A program made the position numbers and the translations under genes. Source: Candidatus Dormiibacterota bacterium (GTDB lineage Bacteria; Chloroflexota; Dormibacteria; Aeolococcales; Aeolococcaceae). Taken from it: a stretch of DNA of 64,000 bases. The notes below the pieces were generated by a model. The model was not told where the DNA came from. It saw only the letters and a list, made by a program, of their open reading frames with translations, and did not search any database. This document shows, in pieces, positions 9,169 through 20,440 of the stretch (its first letter is position 1; each line of letters starts with the position of its first letter). Location of the stretch: contig CAVPXI010000015.1 of NCBI GenBank assembly GCA_963709585.1, positions 64,001-128,000 on the forward strand, read 5' to 3'.

Positions 9169-11819
9169 TCAACCTGGGCTGACCGGAATGCTGTTGAGCA
9201 CCTCGTCGAGCATGCGCAGAAACCGTTGAACTTTCACGGGTTTCGTCAAGTATGCGTACGCTCCCGCGGCGAGCAGCTGTTTGCGACGGCGCTCGGTGGC
9301 GTCTGCGCTGCACATGACGACCGGCACGCCGGCGGTTCGCGGATCGGCTCGGAGTTGGGCGAGCACATCATCGCCCTGGATGTCCGGGAGGTGCAGGTCG
9401 AGCACGATCAGATCGGGATGATGCTCGCGCGCGAGCTCCAGGGTGAGGCCCCCTTGCATCGCGGTGATCAGACGAATCTGCGGACGCATCGCGAACACCT
9501 CCTCCATCAACCCGACGGTCGCGAGGTTGTCCTCGACGTAGAGCACCGTGCGCCTGCCGGTGACGACCGGGACGGCAAGCGGAGGTCTGCGGCGTGGTCG
9601 CGTCTTGACAACCGAAGCCGGCGAGCGGTTGAGCCTGATCCAGAAACTGCTCCCAACGCCGCGCTCGCTGTCGACACCGATGGTTCCGTGCATGCCCTGG
9701 ACGAGCTTGCGGGTCAAGGCGAGACCGAGACCGGTGCCGGGAACCGTGGTTCGCTCCGCGCCAAGTCGCTCGAAGGGCTGAAACAGCCGTGCCTTCTCAT
9801 CTGCGGTGAAGCCGGGTCCTGTGTCGCGAACCACCAGGCGGATGAACTCGCCGGCGGAGCCGTTCGCTCTCCCGGGTCCGGCGGCACCAGCCGCCTCCGT
9901 CTCGCGCGCCGCCTCGACGTGGATGTGCGCGTCGTTGCCCGAGTACTTCACTGCGTTGGACAGCAGGTTCAGCAGAGCCTGCACGAGCCGCTGCCGATCC
10001 GCGAGCACGTGATCCGCCGCGCAGTCCCCAAGCGAGCGCGTGATCTTGATGTGGCGGCTCAGCGCGGAGGGGGCCACCAGCCGGACGCACTCCTCCACCG
10101 TCGCCTCGAGCGCCACCGGCTCGAGTGCGAACGTCTCCCGTCCGGACTCGATGCGGGCGATATCGAGGACGTCGTTCACCAGGCTGAGCAGGTGGCCGCC
10201 TGCCTCCTGCACGGCGGCGATCGCCTCGGTCTGGTCGTCGCGCGGCTCGCGCATCTCGAGCAGATCGCTGTAGCCGAGAATCGCGGTGAGCGGGGTGCGC
10301 AGCTCATGGCTCATGCGCGAGAGGTACTCGCTCTTGGCCTGCGACGCCTGCTCGGCCACATCGCGAGCCTCGCGCAATGCTGCTGCCGCCACCTTATCGG
10401 CGGTGACGTCGCGGCCGATCTCGATGACCGCGTCCGGCCGGCCGGCGCCATCCTTCTGCAACGCCCATCGCACCGCGACATTGATGCGGTCTCCCGCCTT
10501 CGTCGTCTGGATGATCTCGCCTTCCCAGCGCCCGACCGACTGGAGGACGTCGAGGATCGCCTCGCGGCTTTCCAGCAGCTCGGAGCGCAGCAGCTCGGCC
10601 GGGTCGCGACCGATTGCCTCGTCGCTGCCCCACCCGTACAGCTCCTCAGCCCCCTTGTTCCAGAAGGTGATCAGCTGGGTGCGCACGCTCCAGGTGGTCA
10701 CGGCGTCGTACGCCAGATCGAGGAGCTGCGAGCTGCGTCGCATCCGCTCCACGAGCAGCACCCGGTCGAGCGCGGGCGTCAGCGCGGTCGCGTACTGGGT
10801 CAGGCGGAGCGCCTCATCGTCGCCGAACAGGGGCGTGAGCGGCCCGGACTTGACCGCCATGATGCCGCGGCTGAGCTGCGCCTCGAGCACGACCCGCATG
10901 ACTCCTCGCGACCGTGTCGGATGCCGGGTAACCAACCTCACCCCGGCGTCGTCGCTCGTGTCGGAGACGAGATTCCAGGCCGCGGAACGGTCGAGCCCGT
11001 GCATCGCCAGCACCTCGCCGTCGTCGGTGGCGATCACCGCCGCGTCGGCGCCGACCAGACGCGCCGCCCACTCGACGGCGCGCTCGGCGAGACGTTGGCG
11101 GTCGGGCGAGTACATGACCAGCTCGGTGAATGCCTCGCGGAAGTCCCCCTCCTCTCCCTGGCTCCAGAGCCCGCGCAGCCAACGGGGCGGCTCGAAGCCG
11201 ACGTAGAAGAACGGCAGCACGGCCAGCGCCGGGATCGCAATGGTGATCTCGGGAAATTCACGTCGGAGAACGACTTCCGCGCCGACCGCGAGACAGAGCG
11301 CGGCGATCACCCCGGCGTACGCGAGGGTGATCGAGCGAAGCCTCGCGCGTTGGACACGGGGCATCGCCGCGGACATCCCCCACAGCCTGATCGCGGGCTC
11401 CACCACGCACCCGAGCCAGACAAGCGCGAGCACCACGACGACCAGACGCTGCTGAGTCGATTGCGCTCCCGCGACGGAGATCCCTGCGATGCAGACGAGA
11501 ACGATGGTTGCGAGCGCCACGCGCTGACCCCGAACGTGACCACGGCGGTCAGCCGGGTCATCGCCGCGCGAAAACCGAAGAACGCCCAGCCGGACGCGAG
11601 GAACAGGGTCAGGAAGACGTCGCTCGTCCACGTGGCCCTCTCCCCGGTGAGCATTGCGGCGGTGGCCGCAACACCGCACGCACACAGCAGCACGATCGAC
11701 AGCGCGAGAAATCCGCGCGTGAGATCGCGCTGGCGCAGCCACCCGTCGACGGTGAATGTGCCCAGGAGGATGCAGGCGCCCCCCAAAGCCCACGACAGGA
11801 CCAAGGTCGCAGTGCTCAA
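9169..11819 (-). CDS. Membrane hybrid sensor histidine kinase (TM region, GAF-like, PAS, HisKA, HATPase, receiver); frameshift ~11530
   Basis: SRMSHELRTPL, NLLSNAVKY, DTGPG, GTGLGL; receiver VLYVEDN..DLHLPD..KP; PAS WNKGAEELYGW. Confidence 0.9.
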
Positions 11820-11889
11820 GGCACCGTTCAGTATCAGCCCGGATTCGGGAATTGGCCCGACTTCACCGTTTTGTGAAGTCCGGACGCCG

Positions 11890-12445
11890 CTACGCGCCTG
11901 CCTCGGTACCACCCGACGCGTAGAGAGGATGGTCGCGAAAGACCGACATGATCTCGAGGTCCACCAACCGGCCTCCGAGCCAGTAGTGACGGCGAAGAAT
12001 CCCTTCGGTCGCGAATCCGGCTTTCTCGTACGCGCGCCTCGCTCGTTCATTGCCCTCGTAGACATCGAGCGACACCTTCTCCATCGCCATATGGTCGAAG
12101 GCATATCCGACGGCGAGCCGGCATGCTTCGGTGCCGAAACCCTGGTTCCAGCGCTCGGGAGGTCCGATCCAGATCCCCCACTGGCAATTTCGATTGCGAT
12201 GATTGATCTGGTGCAGCCCGGTCGAACCGATCGGCTGGCCGTCGCTCAGGCATTCGATCGTCCAGCCGACCGTGTCCGGATGCGTGGTCCGCACCCACTC
12301 CAGCGCCTCGCGGTGTCCATAGGGAACCCACGCCCAGGATGGCCAGGAAGCGCACGACCTCCGGGTCGACGAGCGTCGCCGCGAAGAAGTCGGCGTCGGC
12401 CTCGGTGGTGGCGCGAAGCCGGACCTTTGCCCCAGTCAGATCCAT
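11890..12445 (-). CDS. RimJ/RimL-like GNAT N-acetyltransferase (frameshift ~12340)
   Basis: MDLTGAKVRLRA.. then WNQGFGTEA, NERARRAYEKAGF..EG.LR. Confidence 0.88.
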
Positions 12446-12448
12446 CGG

Positions 12449-13562
12449 CTACGTCAGCCGTGCTGCACCGTTTGGTGATGACCCCATCACCTCGATCACC
12501 GCGTCGGCGACCTGTGAGGTGCCGACGGCAGTCGGGTCGTCGCGCTCGGGCTTCATGTCATAGGTGACGCTGCGACCCTCCGCGATCACGCGCGCGATCG
12601 CCTGCTCGAGGCGGTCGCCCGCGACCGCCCTCACCGATGTGACGCAACATGAGCACGCCGCTGAGCATCATCGCCATGGGGTTCGCCTTGTTCTGCCCCG
12701 CGTATTTCGGCGCGCTGCCGTGCGTCGCCTCGAACACCGCGACCTCGTCGCCGATGTTCGCGCCGGGTGCGAGACCGAGCCCACCGGTGAGGCCGGCGCA
12801 CAGGTCGCTGAGAATGTCGCCGAAAAGATTCGGCATCACCATGACGTCGTACAACTCGGGCTTCTGCACGAGTTGCATCGCCATATTGTCGACGATGCGA
12901 TCCTCGAACGCGATCTGCGGAAACTCGCGGCTCACCTCCTCGGCGACCCGCAGCCAGAGTCCCTCCGTGTATTTCATGATGTTTGCCTTGTGCACGGCAG
13001 TCACCTTGTGGCGTCCGTTGTCGATCGCCCACTGGAAGCCGAAGCGGAACACGCGCCGCGTGCCGAAGATGGACGCCGGCTTGATGCTGATGCCCGAGTC
13101 GGCACGGATCTTGCGTCCGCCGAGCCGTTCGATGTCAGCGATCAGCTCGAGGGTTTCCGGCTCTCCTTCGGCAAACTCGATGCCGGCATACAGGTCTTCG
13201 GTGTTCTCCCGTATGACCACGAGGTCGACGTTCTCGTAGCGGCTGCGCACGCCGGGATATGACTTGCACGGGCGTATCAACGCGAAGAGGTCGAGCTCGC
13301 GTCGCAGTGCGACGTTGACCGACCTGATCCCCTTGCCGATCGGAGTCGTCAGCGGACCTTTGATCGCGACCTTGTTGCGACGGATCAACTCGAGCACATG
13401 CGCCGGCAATGGATCGCCGTACTCCTCCATCACACCGAGTCCGGCGTCGTGCACCTCCCAGTCGATGGCGACGCCGGTGGCGTCGATGACTCGGCGCGCG
13501 GCGTCGCTCACCTCCGGCCCGACGCCATCGCCGGGTATCAACGTGATCGTGTGTCGCGCCAT
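12449..13562 (-). CDS. icd: Isocitrate/isopropylmalate dehydrogenase family, probably NAD-dependent isocitrate dehydrogenase (frameshift ~12629)
   Basis: [55 protein letters not shown]; C-terminus [16 protein letters not shown] in the shifted frame. Confidence 0.9.
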
Positions 13563-13615
13563 GCTCGTGCTCTCCTCAAGATGGTGGAAGCGCCAAGTCT
13601 GACAAACTGCGCCGG

Positions 13616-14476
13616 GTGTGGACCCGCGGGCTCGCGCGCTGGTACGACGTGCATGGGCGGCATGACCTGCCGTGGCGGGCGACCGCCGACCCCTGGGCGA
13701 TCCTTGTCAGCGAGGTGATGCTCCAGCAGACGCAGGTCACGCGGGTTGCGGGCAGGTGGGAGTCATTCCTCGCTCGCTGGCCGACGCCGGGCGCATGCGC
13801 GTCAACCCCACTCCCGGTGGTATTGCGCGAATGGCAGGGGCTCGGCTACCCGCGTCGCGCTCGAGCCATGCACGACACGGCAGGAGTCGTCGCCGGCGGC
13901 GGATGGCCGGACACCGAAGCCGGCCTGCGCTTGCTCCCAGGAGTCGGTGCGTACACGGCGAGGGCGCTGCGCGTCCTCGCATTTGGAGCGTCGACGGTCC
14001 CACCCCAGGACGTCAATATCGCCCGGGTGACGGCTCGGGCGGCGCTCGGCAGAGAGCCGCATGAAGTCCGTCGAGGGTCACTTGAAGAACAGCTCGCGGC
14101 CGGAAGACCTCGGGGCATGAGCGCGCGGGCCTACACATACGCGCTCTTCGACGCGGGCGCGCTGCACTGCCGTGCACGACCGTCCTGTCAACGCTGCCCG
14201 CTCGCCGCGACGTGCTCATCGCGCAGCCGCCTCGCCGCAGCGCCTCCCGAACCGCGGCGACGTTCGCCTCGGTATCACGGCAGCACGCGCGAACTCCGCG
14301 GAGCCGTTCTCCAGGCGATGCTCGCCGACCCCCCGCCCGCGACCATCGACGAGCTGCGCTCCCGAGCCGGGGCGGCGGCCGCAAGACGCCCCCCGGCCGA
14401 TACTGCCGTGGTGCTCGACACGCTCATCCACGAGGGATTGGTTCGTCAGACCCCGCGCGTGGTTAGGATCAATTGA
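13616..14476 (+). CDS. mutY: A/G-specific adenine glycosylase (HhH-GPD, short form)
   Basis: [37 protein letters not shown], Fe-S cluster Cys motif [16 protein letters not shown]. Confidence 0.88.
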   Translation: MWTRGLARWYDVHGRHDLPWRATADPWAILVSEVMLQQTQVTRVAGRWESFLARWPTPGACASTPLPVVLREWQGLGYPRRARAMHDTAGVVAGGGWPDTEAGLRLLPGVGAYTARALRVLAFGASTVPPQDVNIARVTARAALGREPHEVRRGSLEEQLAAGRPRGMSARAYTYALFDAGALHCRARPSCQRCPLAATCSSRSRLAAAPPEPRRRSPRYHGSTRELRGAVLQAMLADPPPATIDELRSRAGAAAARRPPADTAVVLDTLIHEGLVRQTPRVVRIN

Positions 14477-14477
14477 C

Positions 14478-15479
14478 GTGTCCACATCTTCCGGTTACCT
14501 CGACATGGTCGGTCGCGACCTCTGGGCGCGAGACGTTTTCACCTTCATCCCCGATCGCGACCTGCCTCCCCCGCCGGACACGATCACGCCCGGGACCGGT
14601 CCAAGGGTGGCGTTCGCCGGATTCCCGTCGGACTTCAGCCTGGCCTTCCTGCTCCGGGTGCTCCAGCTCGACGTCCACCCGGTGGCCATCATCACGTCGC
14701 CAGGCGCACACCCGGCCATCCTCGGCGACAACGCGCTGAGCCGTATCGCCGACCATCTCGGCATCCCACTCATTCGCGCGTGGCGCATCAACGACGAACA
14801 CTCCCGGTTCGAGCTCGACGAACTCGGTCTCGATGCGGTGGTGATGGCGAGCTTCGATCAGATCGTAGGGGCGAGAGCGCTGGCGCTCCCGAAGCACGGC
14901 TGGCTCAACGTGCACCCGAGCCTCCTCCCTGCGTACCGCGGCCCGGAGCCCGTGTACTGGGCGATCGCGGACGGCGCACCGGTGACCGGCATCTCGATGC
15001 ACAAGGCCGTGGCCAAGGTCGATTCGGGGCCGATCCTCGCCCAGGCCGAGGTGCCGATCCTGCCCAGTGACACGGCGGGCACGCTGACCCGGCGGCTGGT
15101 CGAAGCCGGCATGACGCTGCTGCCCGAGGCGGTCGACGGCCTGCTCCATGACGCGCCCGGGATCGCGATCGACATGTCGACCTCGTCGTATCGCACCTCG
15201 ATCGGACACCGGCCACTCGACGAGGCGGGGTCGGCAGAGGAGGCCGAGCGCATGGTCCGAGCGGGCGCTCCGAACATGCTCCCCTGGGTGATGCGCGACG
15301 GCCGTGCGGTCTACGTCAGGGCGGCACGCGTGGCGAACGGCGCCTCCGTGGACGGCGTGCCGGTCATGCACTTCCCCGCCGGGGATCTCGTGCTCCTCGA
15401 GACCATGGACACGTGCGGCTGTCACCACAACACCAATGACTGCGCTCACCGCCGGTCGCAAACCGTGACGGGTCGATGA
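14478..15479 (+). CDS. Formyltransferase family protein (Fmt-like N-terminal domain)
   Basis: LNVHPSLLPAYRGPEP, TGISMH..VDSGPILAQ; C-terminal CGCHH..CAH. Confidence 0.85.
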   Translation: MSTSSGYLDMVGRDLWARDVFTFIPDRDLPPPPDTITPGTGPRVAFAGFPSDFSLAFLLRVLQLDVHPVAIITSPGAHPAILGDNALSRIADHLGIPLIRAWRINDEHSRFELDELGLDAVVMASFDQIVGARALALPKHGWLNVHPSLLPAYRGPEPVYWAIADGAPVTGISMHKAVAKVDSGPILAQAEVPILPSDTAGTLTRRLVEAGMTLLPEAVDGLLHDAPGIAIDMSTSSYRTSIGHRPLDEAGSAEEAERMVRAGAPNMLPWVMRDGRAVYVRAARVANGASVDGVPVMHFPAGDLVLLETMDTCGCHHNTNDCAHRRSQTVTGR

Positions 15480-15535
15480 AAGGTGTGCGCTGAACGGGCA
15501 TATGCGAAGAGGACGCCGGTTATGATCCAGCCGCG

Positions 15536-15982
15536 ATGGTCGAAAACGGTCTCCCTGCTGTGCTCGTCGTCGAGGACGACGACGCTGTCCGCGGATTTCT
15601 GACCTATGCCCTGCAGAGCGGCGGCCATGCGACGCTCGGTGTTCGCACCGGCGAGGAGGCGATGGCGGTACTCCGGACCACTCCGGCGGCAGTCATCCTC
15701 ATCGACGGCATCCTCCCCGACATGCACGGCATCCGCCTTGCCCGGGCGATCCTCGAGGATCCGAAGCTCAAGCGCGTCGCAATCAGTTTCGTGACCGGCG
15801 CGATCCGCGACGGCAGGCCCGCGACCGCAGGTGTCGGCGCTCTCAGCAAGCCGCTCCGGGCGCGGGACCTCGTCGAGTCGGTCAATGGCCTCCTGCGCTG
15901 GCGCGCGGCAGGGGGAAGCCCGCAGTCTCAACGCCGGGCAGCGCTTGCCGAGCTCGAGCACCTGTTCCTCGTCGGCGCGTGA
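15536..15982 (+). CDS. Single-domain response regulator
   Basis: VLVVEDD, ILIDGILPD, FVTG, LSKP. Confidence 0.9.
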   Translation: MVENGLPAVLVVEDDDAVRGFLTYALQSGGHATLGVRTGEEAMAVLRTTPAAVILIDGILPDMHGIRLARAILEDPKLKRVAISFVTGAIRDGRPATAGVGALSKPLRARDLVESVNGLLRWRAAGGSPQSQRRAALAELEHLFLVGA

Positions 15983-16015
15983 GCGCCGAGGTCACCCACG
16001 TGGGACGATCGTGGC

Positions 16016-16429
16016 ATGAATGAGTCGCGAACGCTGTCACTCCTGCCCTGGCAGGTCACGCTGACGGAGTTCACTCGGAAAGCCGGCGAGGCGGGCGAGG
16101 ATGGCGCCTGCTGCGCGTTCGTCGTCGATCCCTCGATTCCGCAGTCCGCCCGCGGCGGCTACGCGTCGCTTGTGATGGCCTACTCGCGAGCCGACGAGCC
16201 GGTTTGCGTGCTCGACGACGGTGCCGCGCTGGTCCTTGTCGGGGATGGTGGGATCGCATCCGGGAAGGCGCTTGCCGAGCGGGTGCTGGCGCAGATGCGC
16301 CGCCTGGCGCTGGACAAGACCCTCACCGCGGGTGTGGCCCTGATCGGCGATGACCCGAGCCATGCGGTGACTGCGGCGCGAGCCGCTGCCGGATCGGTGT
16401 CCGCGGGCAAGGTCGGAACCCAGGACTGA
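16016..16429 (+). CDS. Hypothetical protein, degenerate GGDEF-like fold
   Basis: SRADEPVCVLDDGAALVLV..ALAERV..TLTAGVA resembles the GGDEF backbone without the motif. Confidence 0.55.
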   Translation: MNESRTLSLLPWQVTLTEFTRKAGEAGEDGACCAFVVDPSIPQSARGGYASLVMAYSRADEPVCVLDDGAALVLVGDGGIASGKALAERVLAQMRRLALDKTLTAGVALIGDDPSHAVTAARAAAGSVSAGKVGTQD

Positions 16430-16442
16430 CGTCGGACCTCAG

Positions 16443-18257
16443 TCAGCGGCGGTTGAGGACTGTGGCGATGCGCCGTGGCAGCGGGTCGCGTCGCAGCTGC
16501 TCGAGCGTCCTTGGCAGCGGGATGGACCAGTTCGGCCGGTCGAGCTCACCGGGTAGATTCGGCCGGCGTTCCGCCAGGCTCGCGTCGTCGAGCGTCGCCA
16601 CGATCAGCCTGCTGGGAGCGCGACCGAGCGCGGCGTAGGCGCGCTCGACCACCAGCGACGCCGGATCACCTTCGGACGCACCGGCGAGACGCTGCAGCCG
16701 GCGGTGTACGCCGAGCTCGGCTCTGCGATTGATGGATCTGCCGCTGGACTCCATCTCGGCGAGATCCGCGCCGGTCCACACGCCGGCTGCGGTCGGCAGA
16801 TCGTGCGTCGTCAACGCGGCGAGCGCCTGGGTCGGGTATTGCTCGGGCGGTTTGGTCTCGAACCACGCGAGCCGGTAGGAGAGCAGACCGCGCCGGCGCA
16901 ACTCCGGGCGGACCCCGGATTCCACGGTGCCGAGGTCCTCGCCGACGACCCCGCATCCTGTCCGGACACTTTCGAGCGCGAGGATGTCGAGCAACTCGCT
17001 CGCCGGATAGCGGACGTAGGCGCCTGCCGAGGGGTCGCCCGACCCGAGCGGCACCCACCACAGGCGGAACATGCCCATCACATGGTCGATGCGCACCCCG
17101 ATGCCGGCACGCATCATCCGGCGCATCGTCGCGACCAGGGGAGCGTATCCGCCCGCGCGCAGCCGGCCTGGGTCGAACGGCGGGACACCCCAGTCCTGGC
17201 CCGCTGGATTGAAGTCATCGGGCGGAGCTCCGATCCGGGCGCCCGAGGCGGTGACGTCCTGCCACAGCCACGAGTCCGCGCCGTCGGGTGCGAAGCCGAC
17301 AGCAAGGTCGTGGACCAGGGGCAGCTCACGTCCGGCACTGGCGAGCTGGGTGTCGAGCGACCACTGCAGCCAGCGGTGGAAGTCGACCCTCGAACGATCG
17401 GTCTCGAGCAGAGCGCGAACGGCGCGACCGTCAGCCCGTCGATACCGCGCCGGCCACGAGCTCCAGGAGCCGGCGTGGCGCTCGGCGAGGACGCAGAAGC
17501 AGGCGTAGCGCTCGAGCAGGAGGCCCTCGCGTGCGACGTAGGCGTCGAAGCCGGGATCGCCACGGAAGCGCGACCAGAGCGCGTCGAGCGCGCGCAGCTT
17601 CAGTGGCATGACCAGGTCGCGATCGATGAGCGGCGCGCCCCGCAAGCGCTCCGCGTCCCGCATGAGCCCACGGACGACGGGGTCATCGCGTGCGCCGGGG
17701 AGGTCCTGAATCCGGAGGTACAGAGGGTTTCGATAGAGGCGGCTGGACGGGAAGTACGGGCTCGCCTCCTGGGGCGTGCCCGGGCGCACGGCGTGCAGCG
17801 GGTTGACCAGGAGCATCGCGGCGCCATTCCTGCGCGACCACGACCCGAGCGCGCGAAGATCGCCGAGATCGCCGACCCCCCATCCGTCGCGGGACCGCAC
17901 CGCATAGAGCTGCGCGGCCCAGCCCCACCCACGCAGCGCGTCCGGAATCGCGCACCTCCCCGGGCTGGTGACCATCGGCACGCGGCGGCCGTCGCGCATC
18001 ACGAGCCGGTGGTATCCGCATGGCGCGTCGCGGCTGAGGAAGCTGCCGCCCGAAAGCTCGGCGCCGCCCTCCAGCTCGACGCTACGGACCCCGCGCGGCA
18101 GCCGGGCTCCTGGGCGAACGAACGCGGGCTCGGTCTCACCACCGTCGACGGGGCGCATGCACGCTGCAACCGCGCGCGCATGCCCGGTGCTCACCCTCCG
18201 GCGAGCGCCCGTCGCATCCACGTACTCTCTCTGGACTCCCCAGACGGCGCCGGTCAC
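16443..18257 (-). CDS. malQ: 4-alpha-glucanotransferase (GH77)
   Basis: WGWAAQLYAVRS..GDLGDL, SPYFPSSR, DLAVG, GAPPDDFNPAGQDWG, RIDHVMG, GEDLG, TTHDLPT. Confidence 0.95.
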   Translation of the reverse strand: MTGAVWGVQREYVDATGARRRVSTGHARAVAACMRPVDGGETEPAFVRPGARLPRGVRSVELEGGAELSGGSFLSRDAPCGYHRLVMRDGRRVPMVTSPGRCAIPDALRGWGWAAQLYAVRSRDGWGVGDLGDLRALGSWSRRNGAAMLLVNPLHAVRPGTPQEASPYFPSSRLYRNPLYLRIQDLPGARDDPVVRGLMRDAERLRGAPLIDRDLVMPLKLRALDALWSRFRGDPGFDAYVAREGLLLERYACFCVLAERHAGSWSSWPARYRRADGRAVRALLETDRSRVDFHRWLQWSLDTQLASAGRELPLVHDLAVGFAPDGADSWLWQDVTASGARIGAPPDDFNPAGQDWGVPPFDPGRLRAGGYAPLVATMRRMMRAGIGVRIDHVMGMFRLWWVPLGSGDPSAGAYVRYPASELLDILALESVRTGCGVVGEDLGTVESGVRPELRRRGLLSYRLAWFETKPPEQYPTQALAALTTHDLPTAAGVWTGADLAEMESSGRSINRRAELGVHRRLQRLAGASEGDPASLVVERAYAALGRAPSRLIVATLDDASLAERRPNLPGELDRPNWSIPLPRTLEQLRRDPLPRRIATVLNRR

Positions 18258-18292
18258 GTCGGGAGCCCCAGATCAGCCAAACGAGTGGAGCC

Positions 18293-20437
18293 ATGACTGT
18301 TCCAGAGCTTTCCGCCGCCGGACGCGCGCCCAGCAGCCGCGCCGCATGGCCAGGTGCCGACGCCCCGCTCGGCGCAACCTGGGACGGATCGGGCACCAAC
18401 TTCGCGATCTTCTCGGAGAGCGCGGAGGCGGTCGACCTCATCCTCTTCGACGAGCGAGGGGCCGAGCTCGCCACCCATCCGCTCGTCGAGCGGACCGACC
18501 TCGTCTGGCACGGATACATCGCCAACATCGGGCCCGGTCAGCGCTATGGATTCCGAGTTCACGGGCGCTACGCGCCCCATGAGGGGTTGCGTCACAACCC
18601 CGCCAAGCTGCTGCTCGATCCGTACGCTCGTGCCATCGCCGGCCGGTTTCGCCACGGCCGCTCGCTTTTTGGATATCGCCTCGGCAGCGACGACCTGCGC
18701 ATCAGCGGCGTCGATTCCGCGCCGGCCATGCCGCGCTGCGTGATCGTCGACCAGTCGTTTCCATGGGGCGATGACCGCCGCCCCAACACACCGTGGTCGG
18801 ACACGATCATCTACGAGTTGCACGTCAAGGGCTTCACCAAGCGCCACCCGGACATCCCCGAGGCGCTGCGGGGCACGTACGCCGGCCTGGCGCATCCCGC
18901 CGCGATCGAGCATCTCATGCGGGTCGGCGCCACTGCGGTGGAGTTGATGCCCGTGCACCACTTCTACAACTCCGCGCAGCTCGTGGAACGCGACCTCGTG
19001 AACTACTGGGGCTACAACTCCATCGGCTACTTCGCTCCCGAAGGACGCTACTCGTCCTCCGGCACCAACGGCGAGCAGGTGCGCGAGTTCAAGGCCATGG
19101 TGCGCGCGCTTCACGCCGCGGGACTCGAGGTGATCCTCGACGTGGTCTACAACCATACCGGCGAGGGGAATCACCTGGGTCCGACGCTCAGCTTTCGCGG
19201 CATCGACAACGCCGCCTACTACCGGCTCAACGACGAGGACCCTCGCTTCTACTTCGATGTGACCGGCACCGGGAACAGTCTCAACGTCAGGAACCCGCAC
19301 ACCCTGCAACTGATCATGGACAGTCTTCGCTACTGGGTCATCGAGATGCACGTCGACGGGTTCCGTTTCGATCTCGCCTCCGCTCTGGCGCGCCAGTTCT
19401 ACGATGTCGACCGGCTGTCGGCATTCTTCGACATCATCCATCAGGATCCGGTGCTGTCGCGAGTGAAGCTGGTCGCGGAACCGTGGGACGTCGGCGCGGG
19501 TGGCTACCAGGTCGGCAACTTCCCGGTTCGCTGGGCGGAATGGAACGGGGCGTTCCGCGACACGGTGCGCGACTTCTGGCGCGGCGCCACCGGCATTCGC
19601 GACCTTGCGTACCGGCTCACCGGATCGAGCGACCTGTACCAGGGGGACGGCCGTCAACCGTCGGCGAGCGTCAACTTCGTCACCGCGCACGACGGCTTCA
19701 CGCTGTCCGACCTCGTCGCATACAACGAGAAGCACAACCTGGTGAATGGGGAGAACAACCAGGATGGCACCGACGACAATCGCTCATGGAACTGCGGCGT
19801 CGAGGGCGACACCGACGACCCGGAGATCCTCGAGTTGCGCGCGCGCCAGCGCCGCAATCTCATCGCCACGGTTCTGCTTTCCGAGGGATGTCCGATGTTG
19901 CTCGGGGGCGACGAGATCGGACGCACCCAGCACGGCAACAACAACGCGTACTGCCAGGACAACGAGATGTCATGGTTCGACTGGGAGCATCTCGACGAGC
20001 CGATGCTCGGGTTCGTTGCGCGGATCGTCGCACTGCGCCGGAGTGACCCGGTGCTGCGCCGGCGAAACTTCTTCTCGGGTCAGGCCGTGCATGGGTCCGG
20101 CCGCAAGGACATCGCCTGGTTCCTGCCCTCGGGACGCGAGGTGAGCGACCACGAGTGGTTCGACGACGGGCAGCGCTCGCTCGGGATGATCCTCAACGGC
20201 GACGAGATTCCCGACCGCGATCCGCGCGGCCGGCGGATCCGCGGCGGCACGCTCATGGTGCTGCTCCATGCAGGGGAAGAGCAGGTCGGATGGATTATCC
20301 CGAGTGGCTGGGGCGATTTGTGGTCGGTGTTCGCCGACACCGGCGAGCGTGACGTGACCCCGTCGACCCGTCACCACCACCCGGGCGAGGAGGTGACCGT
20401 GGCCGGGCGGTCGTTGGTCGCGCTCCTCCGCGTCTGA
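18293..20437 (+). CDS. glgX: Glycogen debranching enzyme
   Basis: PLGATWDGSGTNFA, NYWGYNS, DVVYNHT, DGFRFDLA, AEPWD, NFVTAHDGFTL, NNNAYCQDN. Confidence 0.97.
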   Translation: MTVPELSAAGRAPSSRAAWPGADAPLGATWDGSGTNFAIFSESAEAVDLILFDERGAELATHPLVERTDLVWHGYIANIGPGQRYGFRVHGRYAPHEGLRHNPAKLLLDPYARAIAGRFRHGRSLFGYRLGSDDLRISGVDSAPAMPRCVIVDQSFPWGDDRRPNTPWSDTIIYELHVKGFTKRHPDIPEALRGTYAGLAHPAAIEHLMRVGATAVELMPVHHFYNSAQLVERDLVNYWGYNSIGYFAPEGRYSSSGTNGEQVREFKAMVRALHAAGLEVILDVVYNHTGEGNHLGPTLSFRGIDNAAYYRLNDEDPRFYFDVTGTGNSLNVRNPHTLQLIMDSLRYWVIEMHVDGFRFDLASALARQFYDVDRLSAFFDIIHQDPVLSRVKLVAEPWDVGAGGYQVGNFPVRWAEWNGAFRDTVRDFWRGATGIRDLAYRLTGSSDLYQGDGRQPSASVNFVTAHDGFTLSDLVAYNEKHNLVNGENNQDGTDDNRSWNCGVEGDTDDPEILELRARQRRNLIATVLLSEGCPMLLGGDEIGRTQHGNNNAYCQDNEMSWFDWEHLDEPMLGFVARIVALRRSDPVLRRRNFFSGQAVHGSGRKDIAWFLPSGREVSDHEWFDDGQRSLGMILNGDEIPDRDPRGRRIRGGTLMVLLHAGEEQVGWIIPSGWGDLWSVFADTGERDVTPSTRHHHPGEEVTVAGRSLVALLRV

Positions 20438-20440
20438 CCT

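Noticed and set aside
9226-12567. 1113-aa plus-strand ORF and many similar long antisense ORFs
   Set aside because: They mirror well-supported genes on the opposite strand, as expected in high-GC DNA, and show no family motifs.
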